Assembly (NCBI GenBank): GCA_964540995.1
Contig: CAZIOU010000001.1
Coordinates: forward strand, 6,742-70,741
Direction of reading: 5' to 3'
DNA from: an uncultured Gammaproteobacteria bacterium
GTDB lineage: Bacteria; Patescibacteriota; Patescibacteriia; UBA1558; 2-01-FULL-52-15
DNA length: 64,000 nt
The translations under genes and the position numbers were made by a program. Below are positions 25,908-35,588 of the stretch, one piece after another. Below the pieces are notes generated by a model that saw nothing but the letters and a program-made list of their open reading frames with translations, was not told the origin of the DNA and did no database searches. Within the stretch, counting starts at the first letter, position 1; each line of letters opens with the position of its first letter.

Positions 25908-26845
25908 TGGACGAGTATCAGCACATTTCAGTTATGGTGCCCGAAGTCCTGCACTATCTGCAGGTCGGACCGGACAAGAATTATATTGATGGAACGGTCG
26001 GAGGTGGAGGGCACGCAGCTGCAATTTTAGAATCAACTGGACCGCAAGGAAAAGTGTTAGGGTTAGATCTTGACCCTCGAGCCATTGCCGCGGCTTCGAG
26101 TCGGTTACAGCCGTTTGGCGCGCGAGCGATAGTGCGCCGTGAAAATTACAAACAAATAACAAAACTATCAGATGCTATCAGCGCAATTACTCCAATTAGC
26201 GGTTTTCTACTTGACCTTGGTGTTTCCTCGGCTCAATTAGATTCCGCTAATCGGGGTTTTTCCTTTTCTGATCAGGGCCCATTGGATATGCGCTTCGATC
26301 CAGAAGCAGGAGAGACAGCCGCTCAGCTCATGGCCAGAGTTTCGGAAGCAGAGTTAGGAGAGATTATCCGAGATTATGGTGATGAACGGCAGTGGCGCCG
26401 AATTGCTCGATCTTTGAAACAAGCTAGTGATCAGTATGGTGAAGCGTTAGACGCTCCACAGATCGTGGCAGCTGTCAGTAAAGTTATCCCGACCCGTATC
26501 ACCAAGTTGCATCCTGCTACCAAGACGTTCCAGGCTTTACGCATCGCTACCAATAGAGAATTACAGAATATTACGGAAGCCTTACCAACCATAGTTGAGT
26601 TATTGCCTTCCGGTGCGCGCTTGGTAGTGATCGCCTTTCATTCAGCCGAGGATCGGATTGTCAAACACTGGTTCCGACGTGAGTCACGCGATTGTGTCTG
26701 TCCTTCGAGTCAGCCGCGCTGCACCTGTGATCATAAGGCCTCACTTAAAGTTATTACCAAGAAAGCTGTCCTGCCGACAGCAGCCGAAATTAAAATCAAT
26801 CATCGTAGCCGCAGTGCTGTGCTACGAGCAGTAGAAAAAATTTAA
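25907..26845 (+). CDS. rsmH: 16S rRNA (cytosine1402-N4)-methyltransferase RsmH
   Basis: HISVMVPEVL...DGTVGGGGHA; SAM-dependent MraW family; 312 aa. Confidence 0.95.
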   Translation: MDEYQHISVMVPEVLHYLQVGPDKNYIDGTVGGGGHAAAILESTGPQGKVLGLDLDPRAIAAASSRLQPFGARAIVRRENYKQITKLSDAISAITPISGFLLDLGVSSAQLDSANRGFSFSDQGPLDMRFDPEAGETAAQLMARVSEAELGEIIRDYGDERQWRRIARSLKQASDQYGEALDAPQIVAAVSKVIPTRITKLHPATKTFQALRIATNRELQNITEALPTIVELLPSGARLVVIAFHSAEDRIVKHWFRRESRDCVCPSSQPRCTCDHKASLKVITKKAVLPTAAEIKINHRSRSAVLRAVEKI

Positions 26846-26851
26846 ACAACG

Positions 26852-27157
26852 ATGAATACAAAAACAAAAATGTCAGTCCCAGTGGTCCGTCTCAATGTCG
26901 CCGTGGTGGCCTTGGTCGTGGCCTCCTTCTTATTGCGCTTGATCTTTGCCAATATGGCAGCGGCGCAAACCAATGATATCGCTGATCAACAGGATCAAGT
27001 CAAAGATTTGCAGCTAGCCAATGAGCAATTGCAATTAAGCGTAGCCGAATTACGTTCCGTCGAACGCTTGAATCAGGTCAGTAGTGAATTGGCTTTGGTT
27101 CACAGCGATCACGTCATTTACCTCCAGCCACGAGGTTCCGTGGCTTATAACCGCTAG
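26852..27157 (+). CDS. ftsL: cell-division protein FtsL-like (single TM + coiled coil)
   Basis: 101 aa, N-terminal TM helix, then a Leu/Gln-rich coiled coil; positioned between rsmH and ftsI. Confidence 0.55.
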   Translation: MNTKTKMSVPVVRLNVAVVALVVASFLLRLIFANMAAAQTNDIADQQDQVKDLQLANEQLQLSVAELRSVERLNQVSSELALVHSDHVIYLQPRGSVAYNR

Positions 27158-27162
27158 ATCCC

Positions 27163-28893
27163 ATGTTACGGAGTTCGGAAGTGGCCGATTCCGGTCGTAT
27201 CAATAAACGAATAACGATACTTAGTATCGTTATTTTGGTATTCTTTTTAGCTATTGTGACACGTCTTTTCTGGCTCCAAGTCTTGAATTACGAACATTAC
27301 GCTGACCAAGCGACACGTCAACAGCGCAAGATAGCCACTGTGGAAGCTACACGTGGGCAGATCTATGCTCGTGATCACACCAACGTTGGTGGTAGCGATC
27401 TCTATCCACTAGCGGCCAATAAAATATTTTATGAAATTTTCGCTGATCCGACCAAGGTGACCAGACCTGATAATGCCGCCGAAAGCTTAGCGACATTGCT
27501 CGATTTTAAAAAAGAAGACCTAATCGATCGTTTGAAGAAGACTGACGATCAGTATGAATTGATTAAGCACAAAGTTCCGATCGATATCAAAGCTAAGATC
27601 GAAGCTTTGAAACTGCCCGGTATCTATAGCCGTGAAGAAGTGTGGCGTTATTATCCAGACAAAGAAATTGGCGCCCAATTGCTGGGATTTTATGGCTATC
27701 TCAATGATGATAAAACTGGTACCTACGGTCTGGAAGGCTACTGGGACAAACAATTGGCCGGCACCAGCTGGACTGGCAGCTGGTTCAAGTCACCCAATGG
27801 TTCGGCTATCGGAGGACAGAATAACGACAAGGCCATCAACGGTGCCAACCTGATCTTGACGATTGATCGGACGATCCAATATCAAGCTTGCAAAGCTCTC
27901 GACAAAGCTGTCCAAGACCTCGGTGCTTCTGATGGCACTGTTATTATCGAAGAAACAACCACCGGTAGGATCTTAGCTTTGTGCAATAGCCCTAGCTTTG
28001 ATCCCAATAGTTATAACGAAGTCGAGGACGCTAGCCGTTTCAATAATAATATTGTCTATGACGCTTATGAGCCTGGTTCCGTTTTCAAAGTTTTGGCAAT
28101 GGCTGTGGCTATCGACAGCGGCAAAGTTAGTCCAGCTACTACATACGATGATACTGGAATGGTCAAATTGGCTGGATTTGAGATTCATAATTCCGATCGC
28201 AAAGCTCACGGCGTCGTCACCATGACGCAAGTACTGGAGAAGTCACTTAATACCGGTATGATCTTCGCCACTGGAGACGTACCCAATGCCCAGTTCAAGA
28301 AGTATATGAGTAATTTTGGTTTTGGCCAGCGCTATAATATTGAAATCGATCAAGAAGTGGCGGGTGATATCAGCTCCTTATCCAAACAAGGTCAAATCCA
28401 CAAAGCTACCGCTTCCTACGGCCAAGGCATCACGGTCACTGGTTTGCAATTGGTTAATGCAGTTAACGCTATTGCTAATCACGGTAAGCTAATGCAGCCC
28501 TACATCGTAGAAGAAGTGAAGCGTGAGGGAGTGGCGGTGGAGAAGCACGAGCCCAAAGTAATCCGTCAGGTTATCACGCCAGCAACCGCCAGCAAAGTCT
28601 CGGCTATGATGGTCAGTGTGGTGGAAAATGGCTATGGTAAGAAAGCCGGTGTGCCGGGCTACTTCATCGCTGGTAAGACTGGTACGGCTCAAGTAGCCGA
28701 GAACGGTAAGTATGGGGACAAGACGATCCAGACCTTCGTCGGTTTCGGACCAGTCAGCAATCCACGCTTCACCATGGTGACGAAGCTAACTAATCCCAAA
28801 GGTGCCGACTGGGCGGAAGCTAGTGCCACGCCATTATTTGGAGAAATTGCTAAATTTTTGATGAATTACTATCAGATTCCGCCGGAACGATAG
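27163..28893 (+). CDS. ftsI: peptidoglycan D,D-transpeptidase FtsI (class B PBP)
   Basis: SVFK (SxxK), HNSDRK (SxN-like), KTGTA; N-terminal TM + dimerisation domain; 576 aa. Confidence 0.9.
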   Translation: MLRSSEVADSGRINKRITILSIVILVFFLAIVTRLFWLQVLNYEHYADQATRQQRKIATVEATRGQIYARDHTNVGGSDLYPLAANKIFYEIFADPTKVTRPDNAAESLATLLDFKKEDLIDRLKKTDDQYELIKHKVPIDIKAKIEALKLPGIYSREEVWRYYPDKEIGAQLLGFYGYLNDDKTGTYGLEGYWDKQLAGTSWTGSWFKSPNGSAIGGQNNDKAINGANLILTIDRTIQYQACKALDKAVQDLGASDGTVIIEETTTGRILALCNSPSFDPNSYNEVEDASRFNNNIVYDAYEPGSVFKVLAMAVAIDSGKVSPATTYDDTGMVKLAGFEIHNSDRKAHGVVTMTQVLEKSLNTGMIFATGDVPNAQFKKYMSNFGFGQRYNIEIDQEVAGDISSLSKQGQIHKATASYGQGITVTGLQLVNAVNAIANHGKLMQPYIVEEVKREGVAVEKHEPKVIRQVITPATASKVSAMMVSVVENGYGKKAGVPGYFIAGKTGTAQVAENGKYGDKTIQTFVGFGPVSNPRFTMVTKLTNPKGADWAEASATPLFGEIAKFLMNYYQIPPER

Positions 28894-28895
28894 TA

Positions 28896-30188
28896 GTGTA
28901 TAATAGCTATATGAGACCCATTATCACCAAAGTAATAAGCTTTTTAGCTCATCGGATCATCAGTGTCCAGAAGCCTTTTATCATTGGCATTACCGGCAGT
29001 GTGGGTAAGACTTCGACCAAAGAAGCAATTGCTACCGTGCTTAAGGCTCGTTATAGACTGCGAGCTTCGGCCAAGAGTTTTAATAATGAACTGGGGTTGC
29101 CCTTCACCATCATCGGTGTCGATGCTCCAGGCAAAGACCTCGGGGCTTGGTGGAGTATATTCAAGCAGGCTTTCGGCTTGCTACAGAAACGATCTGATTA
29201 TCCAGAATTGTTGGTGTTAGAAATGGGCGCTGACCGCGTGGGCAATATAACTGCCTTGACCAATCTAGCCCCGCTCAATATCGGTGTGCTGACAACCATT
29301 GGTCCTTCGCATTTAGAATTTTTTAAGACTATTGATAACGTTACCAAAGAAAAAAGTGTTATTTTTAAATCATTACCCAAAGACGGTTTAGCGGTGCTCA
29401 ATATTGACGATCCGATTATTGCCACGTTGACAGGTAAGGTTAGTGCTAAATTATTGACGTATGGTTTCCATCCCGAGGCCGATGTCCGTGCCAGCGATGA
29501 TACCTTGAGCCATCAGAATAACGCTTGGGGACTAGCGTTCAAATTGAACTATCGTGGCAACACAGTGCCGGTCTTTCTACCGCAGTCTGTGACTCGCGCC
29601 AATATTTTGGCAGCGTTGGCAGCGGCAGCTATTGGCTTGCATCAGGGGATGAATCTGGTGGAAGTGGCGCAAGCGTTGCAGCAATTCCAGCCCACAGCTG
29701 GCAGAGGCAGGTTAATTGAAGGACGCAATGGTTTATTGATTCTAGATGATACCTATAATGCCTCACCGCAATCGACCAAAGTTGCTCTGGCTAGTTTGCA
29801 GCGTTTGGCTGGTGAAATTAACGCTACTACGGCTGCTGTCCTAGGTGAGATGTTGGAGTTAGGCGATTATACTGTTCATGCGCATGAGGAGATTGGTCGG
29901 GCAGCGGCTGAAGCCAAAGTAGGACTATTGCTGGCAGTTGGTGAGCATGCTGAAGCTATCAGTCGGGGCGCTCAAGCTGCTGGTATGTCTCTGACTTCAA
30001 TAGTTACCCTAGCCACGTCTATCGCTGCTTTGGAATATCTGCAGAAACGTGACCTAGCTGGCACACTGCTTCTGGTCAAAGGTTCTCAAGGCACTCGCAC
30101 CGAACGCATTGTGCGTGGTCTGATGGCTGATCCGTCGCGGGCCGAAGAATTATTAGTTCGTCAGTCAGCCGCATGGTTACAGAAATAA
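28896..30188 (+). CDS. murF: UDP-N-acetylmuramoyl-tripeptide--D-alanyl-D-alanine ligase
   Basis: Mur-ligase P-loop GITGSVGKTSTKE, NIGPSHLEFF; 430 aa; dcw position after ftsI. Confidence 0.75.
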   Translation: MYNSYMRPIITKVISFLAHRIISVQKPFIIGITGSVGKTSTKEAIATVLKARYRLRASAKSFNNELGLPFTIIGVDAPGKDLGAWWSIFKQAFGLLQKRSDYPELLVLEMGADRVGNITALTNLAPLNIGVLTTIGPSHLEFFKTIDNVTKEKSVIFKSLPKDGLAVLNIDDPIIATLTGKVSAKLLTYGFHPEADVRASDDTLSHQNNAWGLAFKLNYRGNTVPVFLPQSVTRANILAALAAAAIGLHQGMNLVEVAQALQQFQPTAGRGRLIEGRNGLLILDDTYNASPQSTKVALASLQRLAGEINATTAAVLGEMLELGDYTVHAHEEIGRAAAEAKVGLLLAVGEHAEAISRGAQAAGMSLTSIVTLATSIAALEYLQKRDLAGTLLLVKGSQGTRTERIVRGLMADPSRAEELLVRQSAAWLQK

Positions 30189-31879
30189 TACAGGCCAGTG
30201 TTTATATAGTTATTCATCTAGCCCTAGGCTATGGTTGGTTTAGCTTCTGGCAGGGGAGAGGTAAATCAGCCATCGACAGTGTCTTGGCGAGTTTGCTTAC
30301 CGTACTGGCGCAGACTATTGCCGGCGTATTTTTGCTAGGATTGTTGGGACTATTCTCAACGCTTACTATCTGGCTGTGGCAAATTATTGTTATCGTTGGA
30401 GTTTATTGGATCAGCCGTAAGCAATTACTAGTATCATGGCGGCTTATCTTGAGACGATCATGGTATGACTATCTGTTCTTGGTTTTGCTTACAACGGTAT
30501 CTCTGGCAACGTTAATCTTATCCTTCCGTTCGGCTGATGTTTCCTTTGATAGTTTAAATTATCACTTACCGTGGGCAGCCTATCTGTTACAAGAGGGTCG
30601 TCTTGATTATTTCCAGACGCTGATCCCGTGGATCAATGTCTATCCCAAAGCGATCGAAGCTTGGCAAGCTTGGCATCTGGCTTTGTGGCACAACCAGTCT
30701 TTGTTGCAAGTTACTAACTTAATTTTCTGGCTCTTGGGATTTGGTTCGGTCTATGCCTTAGCGCGGGAGTTTGGTATTTCTCGTTTCATTTCGTTTGTGG
30801 CAGCTATTACCTATGCAGTTACGCCATTAACTATCTTGCAGCTGCGCACCAACTATATTGATTTGGCTTTGTCGTCATTGGTTTTGCTCTTACTCTATTG
30901 GTCAGTCAAGAAATTTGATGAGTCATGGTGGCTGTGGTCCATCACCGCCGGTATCCTGATCGGTAGCAAAGCCACGATGGTTATCTTGGTGGCGCTGGCT
31001 CTCGTAGTCAAAGTCGTCAGCGGTTGGACCAAGCCCTACAAATGGCCGTGGTATGTGCTAACGATTGCCGGCTTCGGCAGCTATTTCTACGCTCGCAATT
31101 GGTGGGCCAGTGGTACGCCGATCTATCCTATCGGGCCGAAGTTAATTTCTCTCGATCAATTATTATCCGGTTCACAAGCAGCGATTCTCAAAGGCAAGCC
31201 TATGTGGGAGCAGTTGTGGATTAATTTTACTACTGTCTACGGTAATTACAGTTATCAGATGAATCCGGGCGGATTTGGTTGGTTGTGGTTACTGATCTTA
31301 TTACCAGCTTTAATTATCTTTTTATTCTGGGGATGGAGACAGCGACAGTTCCGATTGATGACTGTGGTGCTAGCCCTTGTCATCGGATTTCTGCTTATGC
31401 CGGCTAATTGGTGGTTGCGCTATGGCTTATTTGTTGTCGCAGCTGGGAGCCTATCTCTGGCTTATATACTGGCTACATTGCCACATCATTGGCGTTGGGT
31501 GGGTTGTGGCATTGTTGTGTTATTTATTATCCATAGTTGCCTGATCACTGGTTTTAGTTGGCAACGAACAGAGTTGACGCGGTATTATCCGGAATTTGGA
31601 AGTTTAGCTGCTGTCCAACAAGCGGGTAGTGTCATTGCTTACGATAGTCGGTTACAGTTACCGTTTGTCTTGTGGAATCATGATCTATCCAACCGTGTAG
31701 TCTTCGTCTCGTCAGCTGATAAATCCTACGATCAATGGATGGCAGGTCTACGCGCTTCGAAAGTACAATATATCGTCACCAAATATCCCTCGTTGGAATT
31801 GCAGCAGATCGATAGTCATAAGGCTAATTTTGAGCTGCTGGCTAGTCAGGGGGATGTGAAGGTTTGGGCGGTGAAGTAG
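30173..31879 (+). CDS. polytopic membrane protein, possible GT-C-fold glycosyltransferase (family unassigned), occupying the position where mraY is usually found
   Basis: 568 aa, about 12 TM helices plus a C-terminal soluble domain. No MraY motifs (no NxxNxxDGIDGL or HHH). Terminator hairpin at 31905-31928. Confidence 0.5.
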   Translation: MVTEIIQASVYIVIHLALGYGWFSFWQGRGKSAIDSVLASLLTVLAQTIAGVFLLGLLGLFSTLTIWLWQIIVIVGVYWISRKQLLVSWRLILRRSWYDYLFLVLLTTVSLATLILSFRSADVSFDSLNYHLPWAAYLLQEGRLDYFQTLIPWINVYPKAIEAWQAWHLALWHNQSLLQVTNLIFWLLGFGSVYALAREFGISRFISFVAAITYAVTPLTILQLRTNYIDLALSSLVLLLLYWSVKKFDESWWLWSITAGILIGSKATMVILVALALVVKVVSGWTKPYKWPWYVLTIAGFGSYFYARNWWASGTPIYPIGPKLISLDQLLSGSQAAILKGKPMWEQLWINFTTVYGNYSYQMNPGGFGWLWLLILLPALIIFLFWGWRQRQFRLMTVVLALVIGFLLMPANWWLRYGLFVVAAGSLSLAYILATLPHHWRWVGCGIVVLFIIHSCLITGFSWQRTELTRYYPEFGSLAAVQQAGSVIAYDSRLQLPFVLWNHDLSNRVVFVSSADKSYDQWMAGLRASKVQYIVTKYPSLELQQIDSHKANFELLASQGDVKVWAVK

Positions 31880-31964
31880 GGGAAGGTTAAAATACTTAAT
31901 TAAAAACAAGCCTTTGTAGGCTTTTTTTAAATTTGTCCCTTATGGCTCTCTATCGTGGAAGATG

Positions 31965-32228
31965 TTAGAACTGCGGTATTGGAGCCTGTATATTGAAGTA
32001 ATGAAGAAGCCATCCGACAATGATTAGAAAAGCTATAGTCCCAACCAAAAAAACTAACCTACGATAGACATAACTTGCAACATCCATCAGGAACCGTTGA
32101 ATAAGCTTGATAAGAAGCCAAGCATAATACAGTGGAGGCACTACAACCAAATTGACGACGGTCATTAGAATATCAGTTTTTGAACGATAACTATTGCGCA
32201 TGTTTTTAAAATGTGGATTAACGGTCAA
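31965..32228 (-). CDS. small two-TM hypothetical protein downstream of the nucleotidyltransferase operon
   Basis: 87 aa with two hydrophobic helices; 67 nt after the nucleotidyltransferase gene on the same strand. Confidence 0.25.
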   Translation of the reverse strand: MTVNPHFKNMRNSYRSKTDILMTVVNLVVVPPLYYAWLLIKLIQRFLMDVASYVYRRLVFLVGTIAFLIIVGWLLHYFNIQAPIPQF

Positions 32229-32295
32229 GCTTATACCTTAAGAACTATTTGTCAAGTAACCGGGATGAATTCCGATAGGTATGACACTTGCTTTT

Positions 32296-33624
32296 CTATA
32301 AATAGCGCTTAAGAACTACATATTGTCTGGCTTTAGCAATACAGATTCCATTTTTGATAGCATAACATTCAACAAAATGCATGCCATTAAATTTGGTATG
32401 CTCAGGCATGTTACGCGTGTGATGATCTGTAATCTCTCCGCGCGGCTCTGGAGAATTATCATCATTTTTTACTTTCCATTTATATAAAATCAAATTCCCA
32501 GTGTTGTCTGTGATGGAAAAGTTGATTCTTCTATCTACTTCAATTTGCCCATTTTTATCTAAGACGATCTCTCTGAACCCACCCTGACGAGGGAGAACTC
32601 TCGCGGTGATATTAAGTGAAAGGCTATTATCTGTAAATGTTGGAATATGTTGATCGAATAGATACTCTTCAGTTTTGCTGACACGCTTATACCGTCTACT
32701 CTTAAGTAAATCGGATACACTTATTTGTCCAATGTCTTCCAAACCAATTAAAAAAGCATCACGTGAATAGATTATTGCGTCTCTCTCAATCTGTGATAAA
32801 TGAGCAATATAATCATCAATAAATTTATTTTGGTCAGCTCTATCGGGTATCTGTGGCCTGGAGATTAAATTAGGTAACCTAAAAAAGAATTCAAAAATAG
32901 CATCAGCTGCTGTGATAGTTTTATCCTCCATAAAAATCCTATAGATCGCCTGCTCAATATGGAAAGACTTTAACTTGAACCCTTGATCTGCCTCTTTACA
33001 GTTGTGTCTCCACCTTTTAACAAATTTCACTGCCTTTCTAAAATCCGAGTTCGTTTTATTCAGGTCAGTTGCGTCTTTTATGTATCCTTTAGGATCAGAT
33101 TTTAACCACCACTCATTCTCACTTCCATAGACTCTTGAAAGTTCATCATACCGTAAACTCCTTTTTTTCTTACTTACTTGAATAATCTCTGGTACCCAAT
33201 AAATATCATCGCCATAATCATTGCTATAGCCAGAAGTAAATGCTGGGACAATATCTACAGAAAACTTTTCTTCACCCCCATTCATAAAGGAAATGGTTAT
33301 TGAGTGAGATTGCTTTGCAAATTTTATTTGATAGCTGGTAGGATTTTCAAAATTATTTGATAGCTGGCTTTCTAACTTTGAAAGTATTGATCCGGGATCC
33401 AGATTTTCGGGATCAAATTTGCCGTTTATGTATAGTACATCAATGTCGTGAAGTGGTTTTGATGCTGTGAATCGGGCATACGAACCAATTAAAATACAGT
33501 TCACTCCCAAGGCAAGTTTTAAAGCAGCGTATACACTTGTCGCAAATACTTGTTCCCCATTAGACGGGGAGAGATTTGATTTGACGTAGTCACGGAGTTG
33601 GGAATTTAAACTATCTTTTGTCAT
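32296..33624 (-). CDS. cGAS/DncV-like nucleotidyltransferase (CD-NTase/OAS-like Pol-beta superfamily NTase) with a ~130-aa C-terminal extension
   Basis: G47-S48...D60-I-D62 (ILIGSYARFTASKPLHDIDVLYI), third acidic residue in SVDIVPA (D124, ~62 aa later, as in DncV D131/D133/D193). KFVKRWR helix motif typical of the OAS/cGAS/CD-NTase helical domain. AT-rich gene in an island. Confidence 0.55.
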   Translation of the reverse strand: MTKDSLNSQLRDYVKSNLSPSNGEQVFATSVYAALKLALGVNCILIGSYARFTASKPLHDIDVLYINGKFDPENLDPGSILSKLESQLSNNFENPTSYQIKFAKQSHSITISFMNGGEEKFSVDIVPAFTSGYSNDYGDDIYWVPEIIQVSKKKRSLRYDELSRVYGSENEWWLKSDPKGYIKDATDLNKTNSDFRKAVKFVKRWRHNCKEADQGFKLKSFHIEQAIYRIFMEDKTITAADAIFEFFFRLPNLISRPQIPDRADQNKFIDDYIAHLSQIERDAIIYSRDAFLIGLEDIGQISVSDLLKSRRYKRVSKTEEYLFDQHIPTFTDNSLSLNITARVLPRQGGFREIVLDKNGQIEVDRRINFSITDNTGNLILYKWKVKNDDNSPEPRGEITDHHTRNMPEHTKFNGMHFVECYAIKNGICIAKARQYVVLKRYL

Positions 33625-34138
33625 AGGGCGATACGAGTGCCAGATTAAGAAGAAGCGTTAAGAGACGTGCAGAGGAATTACACATTTCAAAATAGATATG
33701 TTGCTGAAACTTACTCATATGTTCGCTTGAGATTCTATTTTCTGGTTTCGCAAGGATTATCAACGGTATCTTTTTTACTTTTGCTGTCGCAACCAAGTCT
33801 GGGTAAAATTCGTATGAACCAGAGTATTCAGCCACGTAAATCGCAAAATCCTCGAATGTCTGTAATTGATCAAGTCCCGCTGAGATATCATAAACTCGCT
33901 CTACCTTTGAGAAAAGACCGTTCTTATTTAACATCTCCATTTCTGTTTCAAGCGCATCTTGATTTGTTTTTAGAAGATAAACTTTTCGCTTTAAATTTCT
34001 GAACATACGAATTTCTTTCTTAAAGAAAAAACGTAAAAAGACAAAACACGTGATTGTACCGATACTAAAATAGAATAAAAAAGTAAAGAGCGCATAAATA
34101 TCGAGTGCGGTCGTTATATTCTCCCAAGAGAAGCTCAT
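33611..34138 (-). CDS. small N-terminally membrane-anchored protein, translationally coupled to the nucleotidyltransferase (candidate effector or partner)
   Basis: 175 aa; a ~30-residue hydrophobic N-terminus (1-2 TM), then a ~135-aa alpha/beta-looking domain. Its stop overlaps the nucleotidyltransferase start by 14 nt. Confidence 0.5.
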   Translation of the reverse strand: MSFSWENITTALDIYALFTFLFYFSIGTITCFVFLRFFFKKEIRMFRNLKRKVYLLKTNQDALETEMEMLNKNGLFSKVERVYDISAGLDQLQTFEDFAIYVAEYSGSYEFYPDLVATAKVKKIPLIILAKPENRISSEHMSKFQQHIYFEMCNSSARLLTLLLNLALVSPYDKR

Positions 34139-34209
34139 ATTCGCGGTGTTAATAAATTAATTTTTCTCACAAGGGGGAGATATTTACACGATACCTCCCC
34201 CATTTATAC

Positions 34210-35421
34210 TTACTCAATCAGAGCTAACTTAAGACCCTCATAGCAGCCGCGCCACAAGGAAATCTCCTTACCTAATTTATTGGGATTTCTATGTTCAAGC
34301 GCTCTCTCGCAAACTCGCAGTGCCAATAAGGTTCCATGTTTCTCAAATACATCGAAAGGATTGTGTGACCATTCGTATCGATCGCCACGATCTTTAATAA
34401 GAGCTCGAAAAGCTGCAAGTATAGGATAGATAAAACCACTTGGAATCCCATAGTTAGAAGATTCGTCGATGAAGTAGAGATCATAACTGGCTTTCTTTTT
34501 GTAAGTAACACCAGTGAAACGACCAAATCTGCCGCCGCTCTTAAGCTCGGCCACATCCTTATTTGAATCGAGCTGATTAACACTCTTATTATAGAGTTTT
34601 GGCAGACCTTCATAGATCATATCCCTCAAACGCAAGATATCCTTAAGTAAAGGATACAATTTATTCATCTCTTTGTGGTTCTCACTGAAGTGATTTAACG
34701 CAGCAGCCTTTGAAACGTAGGCAACGGATGGTTGCCTATCCTGTCCAAAATTCTTTGCGTCAAAACAAATCAAATAGGAAATGATATCGCGGATATCAAT
34801 CGGTTTTTTTGCATCGTCAGAATACAATTCATTCTCTTTGAATGCTATAAGATCAAAATACGACTCTCCTCGCAAGGCATCTTTGAGTGGATTAAAATCA
34901 CCCTGTAAATTCATCAATGATTGGTCTTTGACCTGAGTAGATGTATTACGCGCGTCCACAATATCGACTATATCTTCGACCTCGCTGAAGCCTTCCATGA
35001 TTTCCAGCTTAAGGTATAGGCTATCTCTTTTTTCTGGCGGTAGATCATTCAACTCGTCGATTAAGATTTTACAGGTGTGACCACCATCAAGTAACCCATG
35101 CTTACTCTTATCAGTCATGGTGAGAGTTAAAACACCACGCTGATTATCAAATTCTATTTTGTCAGCCATCACTACAAGTCCGCGATTCTTAAACATAAAC
35201 ATGTCGGGGCTGTGTTCTGCTGATTCTGCAATTTTCTTTGCTACCCGAGATGTAGTCTTTGGATCTCGAGGGTTAATACCTCGCCAATCATAGAGGTCTT
35301 TAAGGAACAAATCGGCTTTTGCTATTGCCGAATAAAAACGCACACCTTGTTGGTCAAGGGGTGTTTCAAGTCTCCTTACGGAGAATGTATCTATGTTGAG
35401 ATTCATATAATTATGACTCAA
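34210..35421 (-). CDS. hypothetical 403-aa protein with a ParB/DGQHR-like motif (GLLDGGHTCKILI); first gene of the nucleotidyltransferase operon
   Basis: hhDGxH[RT]xxhh resembles the DndB/ParB-Srx DGQHR motif. No other family recognised. AT-rich. Confidence 0.45.
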   Translation of the reverse strand: MSHNYMNLNIDTFSVRRLETPLDQQGVRFYSAIAKADLFLKDLYDWRGINPRDPKTTSRVAKKIAESAEHSPDMFMFKNRGLVVMADKIEFDNQRGVLTLTMTDKSKHGLLDGGHTCKILIDELNDLPPEKRDSLYLKLEIMEGFSEVEDIVDIVDARNTSTQVKDQSLMNLQGDFNPLKDALRGESYFDLIAFKENELYSDDAKKPIDIRDIISYLICFDAKNFGQDRQPSVAYVSKAAALNHFSENHKEMNKLYPLLKDILRLRDMIYEGLPKLYNKSVNQLDSNKDVAELKSGGRFGRFTGVTYKKKASYDLYFIDESSNYGIPSGFIYPILAAFRALIKDRGDRYEWSHNPFDVFEKHGTLLALRVCERALEHRNPNKLGKEISLWRGCYEGLKLALIE

Positions 35422-35588
35422 GTTATTTAATTAATAACTGTGACCCCGACTTAAGGTTACCCTGTAAGCCGATTTAAGAGTCTAAGGGTTGCCCCTGTAG
35501 ACAATTGAGTTTTTAACGATCACTTGGAATTTAGTATCTACCTTTTGTAGAATTTGTCAAGGGTCAGGCTTTATGTTAGCCTGCGTCT

